Positions 13,710 to 24,249 of a stretch of 64,000 bases of DNA are shown here, one piece after another. How positions within the stretch are numbered: the first letter of the stretch is position 1; every line of letters starts with the position of its first letter. Made by a program: the position numbers and the translations under genes. The notes beneath the pieces were generated by a model that saw nothing but the letters and a program-made list of their open reading frames with translations, had not been told where the DNA came from and ran no database searches. This DNA comes from Bispira polyomma (taxonomy: Eukaryota): positions 67,890,001 through 67,954,000 of the forward strand of contig OZ287754.1 of the NCBI GenBank assembly GCA_965649765.1, read 5' to 3'.

Positions 13710-16700
13710 CACAGTAGTTTTAATTTGCACAAATCCAGCACTTTAGTTGTAGTGCTGTGTTTACTTCTCTTTGGCCCAGTAACAGAGAGGAGAGTGTTTA
13801 CTGTCTATCTCACACACACAACTCACTAGTGGGATTTTATCCAGAGAAAGGGGATGTTAATTACATACTTCTTTTAAATAATGCCCTTTTTCTCAGGATG
13901 TATTGTACTTATAAATAAACAAATTACATGTATTAAAAGCTTATTCTTTTCTGTATACAGTGGTTTAAATACTTTTACAGAAAAAAAGTATATATAGATT
14001 AAATTTACTGACATTCCATTCCCACCTAAGAAGTAACAAAAAAATGGGAAACTGAATTACTACAAATATTAATGTCAATATTTTAATAGATACGGGTTTT
14101 TTATTTTAAAAAAACTTATAACACCTTATTCTAGAAAGTCTACTCTTTCAATAGATATAAATAATATATGCTTTCCACTTTTTTTAAACAAGCAGTAGTC
14201 CACTGAATGTTGTCAAAATTGTTCAACCTGTTAGTTGAAAAAGGAAGCATGTATCCTGTGAGTCATACAGTTATTAATGGCTTTGTGGCAGTAGTTGTAC
14301 ATGTGTGTATGTTTCCTGTAATTCATACATGTTTACAGTTATTAATGTCTTTTTAGAACGTCACAGTTTCTACATACACCATGCGAGTAGTTGGCTCATG
14401 TGTATTCAAAAGTACCTTCTAATTTCACTTATACTGATCCTTTGATAATTTGTAAAATATAAAACTGAAAACATGTCTTTTGATTACCACAAACAGTGTT
14501 TATTAAATATGTGTAGAATATGTGGAAAAAGAGCACTGACTGATCAACAAATACGGAAAAAAACTCCACAAAGAGTTTGTCAAAATGTGAAAGATGAAAT
14601 ATATGTATTTTTTGGATTGGATATTTGTAGTGATAATGATATTTACCCTAAAACTATATGTTGTCCTTGTTATAACAAAATGAAGAAAGCCAAGGTATTG
14701 TCAGATGATTCAAATATGAACAAAGAAAGGCTTTTAGGAGAAAAAGAAAAGGCAAATAATGTGAATAAAATGTGGTCATCACATAAAAGATATAACTGTT
14801 TCGTATGTAATTCATACAATTCACAAAAGAAAAAAGGCAGACCTGTCTGCATTAAGAAGCAAGGCAGACCAAAAAATCCACAAAAACCAGATGAAAACAT
14901 TTTTAGCATACTTTTTGGGGAAGGAAATCATTCTGAAAAGATGGATATTGAAATCCAGAATATGTCATTATCTCAAAGTAAAACTTTCACATGCCAAATA
15001 TGCCAGAATATATACTCTGTGTGTTCTGTCATAACTATGTGTGATCATTACTTCTGTTCAGAATGCTTGTCAAGCTATTTTAAACACAAAGACAGTGAGG
15101 TTACCGAGTGTCCCACTTGTTATACCTTTATTCAGTGTGATGAAGTTAGAAAATCTGATGAAAGATTTAATGATCAAGTTAAAAATCTTGATGTGAAGTG
15201 TTTGAAATGTAACTATATTGGACCACTCTCAACATTGCCATTACACAATTGTGAGCTTCAAGGAAGTGTCCCCGACAGCTTTGAAACTAGTCTTTATGAT
15301 GTTGCACATAGAGATGAATATAGAAGTCAATCACACAGCACTCCAAAACATAACACTGATGAACAAAAAACTGAAATAGAAACACAGACCTCTCCAATTG
15401 AAGATATACATCAAACATCCATTTCTTTACATGAAACATCAATTTTACATACATTGCAAAGGTCAATCTCATCACCATTATCAAAAGAGGAAGAAAGAGT
15501 TCATACTCACCTAACAAAACGCAAATTAACATTTGCAAGAGACAAAACCACAATAGCTTGCAAAACTGGAGGCCAACCAATTCTGCTAAAAAGACTTGTA
15601 AAACCCAGAAAGTCATCTGATATGGCAAAATCACCATTAAAAAGAAGAAGGGCAAAACAGATTTCCAAATTTCGTGCTATTTTGGCTGGGCCAGGTATTA
15701 TTTCTCATCAAAAGCAACAAATGTCAGAGCTAAAACTTGTGTCTAAAAAATCTCGTGTAGACATATGTGCAGGTGCGGGAGTAAAACAAAAAAGTTTTCT
15801 TTCAAAAAGAGTTGCACTAGCCATGAAGACTTCACTACGATTATCCTGGGCACAACATTGAATGCAGACACGTGTTTTGTCTGAAACTCTTGGTGTTAAG
15901 TGTGAGAGTGAAAAAACATTAAGAGCTGAAACAAAATTTCTGCTTTCTGATCACCTATCCACCACGATGATCAAGGCCAAAGAAAAAGATGATGTAGCAT
16001 GCAAAAGCAAAGATGGTTTTAGAGAAGTACAGGTCCCTGTCGTGTACATAAAAGATTTGACAGACTTTGTAAAGGAGTTGTTGCACAACTATAAAAAGGC
16101 AAATATGTTGGTCTGGAAGGAAGAAATGCCTGAAAATGAAATCTGGGTAAAACTCGGTGGTGATCATGGTGGGAAATCATTTAAATTATGTCTTCAAGTT
16201 TGCAATTTAGAAAAGCCAAATGCAAAACAAAATACTATGGCGATTGCTTGTATGCCAGCCAAAGATCTGCATGAAAATCTTACAAAATTAACCGAAATAT
16301 ACAAGAATGAAATCCAGAAATTACAGAAAGGACATTGGAAGAGAAAGAAGATCAGGGTGTTTTTGTTTGGAGACTATGCATTTCTTTCTGCTATGTATGG
16401 ATTGTCGGGTATAAGGGGGACATATTTTTGTTTATGGTGCTCAGTCAAAACTGATGCCATGCAGACATCATTACACCACAGAGGTCATTCTGCAAAGAGA
16501 ACACTCTCCACACTTAAAATGGATCATGATAATTTCATCAAAAAGGGAAAAGGCCAAACAAAGCTGGCCTCCCAGTATCATAGTGTTATTCATGATCCAT
16601 TATGGGATATAAAGATAAGTCATGTGTGTCCACCTAATCTGCACATATTACTTGGAGTTGTCAAAAAGCATCATGATCTCCTTGAAAAGGATCTACATGA

Positions 16701-18523
16701 AGTAGATTTAGAAATTGTTACTGAAATACAACTGTCAAAGGCAAAGCTTGACAATTCAGTGTTTCATGTCTTTATTCAAAATGTACGGAACTGCCGCAAG
16801 CTTCAAAATGAACTTCGATACATCTCTCCCACACAAGGTGACAGCAGTAGTGAAAATGCTACACTGACCAAAACGGAAGCTGCAGAGTTGGACTCCAGAA
16901 TCAAGAATTTACAGCACAAACTGGAAAAACCAATTCCCACACTGAGTGTATTTAGTGGACCATTAGATGCTGAAGTACAGCAAGTTTTGAAGACAGCATA
17001 TTGTACAACAGGCTTATCACTCTCGCAGCTTTGTTGGCAACCATTGCTCCAAATACATTAAACAAGGTGTACAAGATGACATATGTGCAAGCTTACAAGA
17101 AAAAGTGTGTGAACTGTCCAGAAATATTGAGCTCAATGAAAATGGTGCAAGCATAGCAATGAAATTTCAAAAACTGAATACTTTGTTTTCTGTTGTGCAT
17201 GATGAAATTGGCCATATGAGGTCAGTTACTCAAAATTATCTTGAGAAAGTAAGTGATGCCATTCAGAAATACATGTCATTTTACAGAGAACATTTTCCAA
17301 ACTGTGTGATAACCAAGATGCATTTTTTAGAAGACCACATTGTTCAATGGATGCATAAATATAAATTTGGTATGGCTCTTCATGGAGAACAAGGCGGAGA
17401 ATCCATACATCGGGAATTCAATAAACTTGAGCATACCATGTCCCATGTTCCCAATTTGGAAAAAAGACTGCTGTATGTTATGCAGGAACATCACACAATA
17501 TACCATCCTCTTGTTCAGCAAAAAGTTGTTAAACCTAAATTCAAAAAACACAAACTATAGGTCGATAGCCTTGCCTTTGTGTATCAATGAATGAAATTAA
17601 AGTTAATTGGCATTTTACACTAATTTTAAGTGGATCAGTGATAATATAATGTAGATCAGTCTAAAATATGTTATTACATAGATTTATCAATAACAGAAAG
17701 AACTGTGCTGCAAGAAAATGTGTTAGTGGAAACTGTATATATTTTTCTTCATAACATTCCTGTCTCCTTCAAGTTTCAGAGTTTATTTATAAAAAAGTAT
17801 TCATTTAAAATATAAAATATATTGACAATCTAACTGTCTCAGTAATGAAGACTGTAACAGAAAACACAACACCTATTCCTTCACTGGTAGAGTTTTGTTT
17901 ATACAGAGGCATAAGGATATATGTTTACACTCAGCCTTCTGTGATATAAAGCCTTCTGTACTTCACATATGCCCGTGTTCAGGATACTTTGAGCCAACAC
18001 TGATGTTAAATGTGAGTACTTTGTATTGCCATTTTTTTCTAATTAAAAAAAATGGAAAGTATTTTTCAGGTATATTATTTGAATCAGGAAAGGTAGTACA
18101 TTATAAAGATATAATTTTTAAGAAAATAAAAAACCCGATTCATACTGAAATTGTTTGATATAAATGAGTTGTTTTAAACAGAAGTTCATTTCATTCAGCA
18201 GTTTATTGTAGTAAGTACATGGAATGGAATGTGCTAGTTTTACACAAGAGAACAATTATTATATTCTTTAAATGTTACATAAATGAAAAGTTAACATTTC
18301 AAGCTTTTAATAGAGGTTATTTTTTTTCTAAAAGTGTGGATAAAAGTAAAGTAAATATAACAATCAATTAAAGAGATGCACTCTTTGTACAAAGAACTTC
18401 CCACTTAAAATGAGTTGTGTGTGTTTCACTGGGTTTTGGGGAGAGGGAGTGTTTACACTGAAAACCTGCTAACTGCTGTGTTACAGTAGAGTCAACTAAA
18501 CATACACTAACAAAACTACTGTG
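13710..18523 (+). mobile_element. Chapaev / N-RAG-TP-like DNA transposon (4814 bp) with a RAG1-like transposase
   Basis: 12-bp TIR CACAGTAGTTTT (13710-13721) and AAAACTACTGTG (18512-18523). About 470 bp of collinear subterminal inverted blocks. GGCT follows the right end and also lies 2 bp before the left end (imperfect 4-bp TSD). Interrupts Ngaro ORF2. Confidence 0.85.
14473..17560 (+). pseudogene. RAG1-related (Chapaev-type) transposase of about 1030 aa: Chapa zinc domain, AT-hooks, C3HC4 RING, zinc finger, DDE core; one stop and one frameshift
   Basis: HKQCLLNMCRICG...ICCPC...WSSH...CFVC; GRP twice; CQIC...CDHYFCSEC...CPTC; CLKC...HNC; KTGGQP; KLGGDHGG; FLFGDYAFL; FCLWC; LHILLG; QAYHSRSFVGNHC (after a frameshift near 16995); KMHFLEDH; HGEQGGESIH. 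In-frame TGA at 15859-15861. Confidence 0.9.
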
Positions 18524-20110
18524 GGCTGTTAAATGTGACGTGACTGCTAGGTCTTATGCCAGTGTAATAAAAAACAGACTTAGGGAAGTCAAAACACGAC
18601 AACTTAGCAAGACCGTTAGTAGTACACAATGTGTCAAACTTATTGATGTGACAACTTGTAATGAACTAAACAAAGCTGGGGTGAAAGAGCAGCAGCTCAC
18701 ACCTTCCACCAAAAAGTTAGACAAAAGACAGAGGGGAAATTTTCCTCCCCACAGAAATCGACAACGGGTCAGAAATGACTCACATGATAACTCAAAGCAT
18801 GAAACCAAACTGTTATATAATATAAATGGCATGGATGACAAGTTTATCAACTCCATACTTTTTCATGGCCCTGGGACAAACATATCCAAACAGACGGGGG
18901 GGGCGATTGTAAAAGCTTTAATAAATTTTAAGAACAAACAGAGTTTCAATTTGGTTTTGTTCCTTTGAGTGACCCCATGACTTCTGACCAAACAAACAGA
19001 CAGTGTAGTATTGCATGTCCACTCAAGAGACATAATGAGGTCAAAAAAAAATGGGAGGCCCAATTTTATGGGTGCGAGAATACCAGTGGTTTAAACATAA
19101 GTCAGTGGAAAAAAATGTTAAATTTGGCAAGGTATCTACATTGACACGTGCCTACCCTTTTGGAGTCGTCATAGCAGTCAGTTTTTTTAACGGGTCAGTG
19201 ACGCAGTGCGTTACGTTATGCGTCAGCATGGCTTCAGTGTTATAAACTACATAGATGATTTTTTAGGGTACGGCACACCTACAGTCGCAAAACGTTCATT
19301 CGAATGTCTATATGACGTCATGGAAAAGTTAGGTCTTACAATAAGCCAGAAAAAGTTGGTAGCTCCCAGCACACAAGCAGTGTGCCTGGGTATACTTGTT
19401 GATACTGTCTAGGGCACGGTGGCAATACCGGAAGAAAAACTACAGGAAATCAAAACCACAGTAAAGCAGTGGAAAACAAAAAAATTATTGTACAAAAAGG
19501 CAGTTACAGTCCTTATTAGGACAATTACTATATATTCACAAATGTGTCAAACCGGCAAGATACTTCCTCAATAGAATGTTGGAGCTATTACGAAGTATAG
19601 CAAATCCAAACAGAGTCGAGTTGACAGAAAGTTTCAAACAAAACTTAAGGTGGTTTGACAAATTTCTGCCAAAATACAATGGTATATCCATGTATGGCTA
19701 CAAGAGGACCAATCACACATTGGAACTGGATGCCTGCTTGTATGGTTTGGGAGGTAGATGGAGGCAATTGGTATATCACCTCACCATCACATTAATTTTA
19801 AAAATTTGGGTATTGTTTACCTTGAAATGGTCAATATTTTAGTCGCTTTGAGATTATACAAAAATTATTGGCAGGGAACAAAAGTACTAATTAAGTGTGA
19901 CAACCATTCTTGTCAGCATGTGTCAGAAATGTGTGGTATATGGCAGCCACAGCGGATATTGATTGACAATTTGTGCCTGTCCTAGGTAAAGATAATACGA
20001 TAGCGGCTATGCTATCCAGATGGAAAATTGTATGGAGTTGAATTCACTGGTACACAATCTCATATGGCTACAGACTTCGATAGAACTAACAGAAGTAGAC
20101 AACAGATTGT
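18524..20110 (+). pseudogene. Ngaro reverse transcriptase/RNase H remnant (N-terminal part at ~13320-13709, before the insertion)
   Basis: YIDTCLPF near 19137, INYIDDFLG, LGILVDT, LELDACLYGLGG, LEMVNILVAL, IKCDN. Confidence 0.85.
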
Positions 20111-20170
20111 AAATAAAATAACACCATAATAACTAAGCATGTAGTTTTAGTTACGTAAAAATACTATGCT

Positions 20171-21122
20171 TTGTTTTGTGGGCACAGAAGCACTTTGGGC
20201 TCTGCAGTCAGGAGCAAATCACAGGCTCCACACAGCTTTCAGACAAGATCCAGTTATCAAGGTTTATTCAGAACATTTGTTGCATTCTGCTTATGTACAG
20301 GGCTAGCATTAGGAGCCCTAGAAGTGAAAAATGTTATGTCTTTTCTTGAATATTTGGTAATAAACAAGATATTTGTGCAAATGATAGCCAATTACGTATC
20401 TGCATTAAAAGCAATGTGTGTAATATATGAGTTGCTCTTTCATTTTTTTGACCACCCAAAAATCAAATACTTTATAAAGTCTCTAAAATTAAACAGAAAA
20501 CATGCTGTGGTTAAAAGAAACGTATTGGACATTGATACACTACAACAGTTAATAAGGCATTGTGCTTATATAAGTAATTGTTTAAAGCCATTTTTTTGAC
20601 AGATTGTTTTGGGTTCTTCAGGCTGTCCAATCTGGCTCCGCATTCAGTCAAAGAATTTGACGCATCACATCATTTCACTGGCGGTGATGTATTTTTCGAA
20701 AAAGACACGATAAAACTATTACTAAAATGGTTCAAGACCTTGCAGCACAGAGATAACCTTCAAATAATTACCCTCCCCAAACTTAAAGCTTTGTTAATTT
20801 GCCCGTATGAGGCATTGAAATAATTATTCAGATTGTATAAGCCAGGAAAGAATGACCCTTTGTTTCAACAACTACTGGTCGTCAGGTAATCACTGATTCT
20901 AGAGTAAAGAAGAATTTGGCAAAATTAAATGAAAAATTGGGATATCCACCAAATTTGTTCACTTTTCATGCATTCCGGCGTTCAGGTGCCTCTCTGGCGT
21001 ATCAGGCGCAGGTGCCTATACAGCAAATAAAGGAGCATGGCACCTGCAAGTCGGACTGTGTGTATACATATATACAATCAAACACAAATACTACAGAAGT
21101 GGCTACTACCAGACTTTGTTAA
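20171..21122 (+). pseudogene. Tyrosine recombinase of the Ngaro element, frameshifted
   Basis: FGFFRLSNL (catalytic R), ICPYEAL, FTFHAFRRSGAS (HxxR), IKEHGTCKSDCVYTYI (catalytic Y region). Confidence 0.9.
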
Positions 21123-22671
21123 ATCCTGCATAATGTTTCTACTCATACTAGTTGGGTTTGAGGTTTTCTGTATATAGTAACACATCTGAAATTAAAACAA
21201 TTGTGAAAGTTGAGATCAACTGGGTCTTAAAATATTGGTATCTTAAAGTCATAATAACCCCTTTAAGTGGAAACTTTAACTCAAAACAATTTAAGAATTT
21301 TACACGTGACCTCAACTTAAAGTCTTAAAACATTGTAACCTTTTTATAGTTGTATTAAAATTTGTACTTGAAATGTATATAGATAGTAGTTTAGACTATA
21401 TATTTTACACTTTTACATATACATTTTATATAATAAAAGTGTTTACCCTCATGGATTTGTTGTCTTTGACTTGGGAGTGTGGGGGACAGTCGGGGGCAGT
21501 GTTAAGGCATTGCCCTTGTCAGTCCTTCACGACCTTAAATTCATGAGGGTACCAGTCTGTTGGTAACACAGGTAAAAAAGTTAAGTCATCAATAAACAAC
21601 CCCCATGTTGTTATGTGGAAATTTAGGTAAATTAATTTGATTGGTCAAGAACAGTAAGCAAAGAGACTTATTAGTAAACATACGTCAGCTTGAAATTAGC
21701 CACGGATAAGTGTGGCAGGAAAAAAATTGTTCCCACCCACCCTATTCCCTTAGAGTAAGCTAGTGTCTTATAAGTCAGTCCAAGAAATGACGTGTAACAA
21801 TTGAGGTGTGCAGTGTAATCCTATGCTTAACAAAAGACACTATCGGTGAAGCTCGATGGGCAAGTTATCCTGCCATGAAGCGCATCTAATTGTGATTCAA
21901 GGTCGTAAATAGGGAATTTTCTTAGACTCTAGATAGTGGTATGACTGTTACAGTACTACTGGTTAATACGTTTTGGCATAACACAATATATTGTCCTTGT
22001 TAATTTTAGTTTTAAATCATGTTGAGGTTTCCTGTATATAGTAACACATGTGAAATTAAAACAATTGTGAAAGTTGAGGTCAACTGGGTCTTAAAATATT
22101 CATATCTTAAAGTCAAAATAACCCCTTTGCGGGTTAGGGTAATCTTAAACTGGTTCAGTTTCACTTCACCCTGGTGACTCATCAAGTTAGGGTCACCTTA
22201 CAATTTGGTTTAGGTGTACTCTTAAGTTAAGAGCACCATTAACTAAAACAAGTTTAAGTTGAAACCTAAACTCAAAATACTTAAGTTTGAAAAAATTGTA
22301 AATTTAAGATTTTCAAACGTGACCTTAACTTAAAGTCTTAAAACATAGTAACCTTTTTGTAGTTGTATTAAAATTTGTACTTGAAATGTATATAGTAGTT
22401 TAGACTATATATTTTACACTTTTACAAATACATTTTATAAAATAAAAGTATATACCCTCATGGATTTGCTATCTTTGACTTGGGAGTGTGGGGGACTGAC
22501 AGTCTTACAGACCAATCACACCTTTCTTTTGTTAAGTGAAAATAAAAACACCAGATAACCACACTGTGTGTGTATCAGTATAACATGGGAACATTACAAC
22601 AACATCACATAAACAAGGGAACAACTACACCAAGTTTTGGCCGGGTTTTGGCTTCATTCATTAACCCAAAA

Positions 22672-22857
22672 TGTACCCAAGGTCCCTGTTTTAAAATTTT
22701 TATAGCCTTTGTGTGGGGTTTTGCATGCCCTATGTACATATATATTGTTGCAGTTATCTAAATTCTAGAAATCATAACCCTACATTTTATAACCCTTGTC
22801 TTTATATATTTTTCCCCCCTTCTAAATCTAAATAACCTTTCTCGGTGGTTTTGTCTG

Positions 22858-22927
<70 letters not shown>

Positions 22928-24238
22928 ATGTCTCATTCATCCGAATTCTTAAAATTATAATCTCTAGAACAAATCTAAAATTTAACCTCTCTTTATGGCA
23001 ATATTCTGGTTCTGGCTTTATTTGTAAACCTAAAGTTATTAAATGTTCATAGTTAAAATGTCAAATAGCCTTTCCTGGCACTCTCTTACTTTTATTAGGT
23101 TTTCAAATTACCATATATGTAATCGTGCACCTTAATTAAATAGCCTCTCTTTTTTAATTGCTTGTAAAATTTATACACCTATATTTAACGTGCGCCTACT
23201 TTTGCTGCTCTTACTTTTGTGCTGTGTTTCTTGAATTGCTTGTCTAAATTAATGTGCTATTGTATTATGTTATATGTTGTGGTATGCCGTTGGGCTGTCC
23301 TGTTTGCTTGGTTTATTTTGAGTTGTTGTGTTTCATATTGAATTGTGTGGCATCTATTCTGTGTTAAAGTTGTTTGGAATCTTCGATATCAATTTATTAA
23401 ATGTTTTCTTAGTATCTAAAGTTAGCCTTCCGTAGCTCAAAATCTTTAGTAAATATAAGTTTATTTATAAATAATTTATTTAGTTTATTTAAAACAGCTT
23501 TTATTGATTTAATGATCTAAGCTTTGACCAAGACTTGAAATGAGTTAAACTAAATGTGACCTTGATATTCTAGCCAAATGACTTGGACCAGGGTACAAAC
23601 CAGTCAATGTGATCTAACTTTTATAGCATTATTTCTGTGCTACCATATTTTAATGCACATGGGACAGAGAATATATTCTAGTAAATTTCTTTTAGCCATT
23701 GGATTATAGGGTAGTACATCCTTGGTTGATTCACAGCGTGTGAAAATCATTTCTGTAAATTTCATATAGCTATTGGATGTGCAGGCTTGTACATCCTTGG
23801 TTGACAGTGTGTCCATCTGCAACATGCCTTCTCTGCAAACTAAGTAGCCCTCAGTTGACAGTATATACTACCTGGAAACATCACTGTAAGAAAGTAGCAC
23901 CTAGATCACAGTATGCCATCTTGCTCATGTCCCCCACTCTATAGAGCAAGGTCATACTACCAGGGCTAGAGGTTTGAATTTACCAAGTAAGTTTAAAAAT
24001 ATTAGGTAAAGTAAAGTAAAGGGTTAGTGAAATTAGATATTGAGAGTACTCCGGTTGTTCACTTGGAGCCAGTGGAGTCAGGGTGGTGATAGAATACCAA
24101 TACTTTTGGGCATGGACTTGTCGGAATAATTTGTGGAAAGGGGACACACCTAGTTGGGGTTTAGATGGATTTGTTGGCCTAACTAACAAGGTGGCAGCGT
24201 AATTGGTTCCTGAGATGGATTTGTTGGCCTAACTAACA
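22672..24238 (+). mobile_element. LTR-like block (5' border uncertain) ending in CA before a PBS
   Basis: Ends ...ctaactaaCA, directly followed by TGGTGGCAGCG. Homologous to the 5690-6219 region. Confidence 0.55.
22859..22923. repeat. (TA)n microsatellite
   Basis: About 32 TA units. Confidence 0.95.
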
Positions 24239-24249
24239 TGGTGGCAGCG
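24239..24249 (+). promoter_or_regulatory. Primer-binding site complementary to the tRNA-Leu 3' end
   Basis: TGGTGGCAGCG is the reverse complement of CGCTGCCACCA. A degenerate duplicate lies 50 bp upstream (24189-24199). Confidence 0.65.

Larger units (their letters stand above)
11830..22496 (+). mobile_element. Ngaro-type tyrosine-recombinase retrotransposon with split direct repeats (A1-ORFs-B1-A2-B2), decayed and interrupted by a Chapaev-type element
   Basis: A1 11830-11871 matches A2 21686-21728. B1 21158-21487 matches B2 22022-22496. gag-like ORF1, RT/RNase H and YR lie between them, all on +. Confidence 0.85.

Noticed and set aside
13710-18523. ProtoRAG (RAG1L-RAG2L) transposon or true RAG1
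   Set aside because: No convergent kelch/PHD RAG2-like ORF is visible in the ~960 bp after the stop. The catalytic motifs (GGDHGG, GDY, EQGGES) are Chapaev-type. There is no 5-bp TSD and no 12/23 pair.
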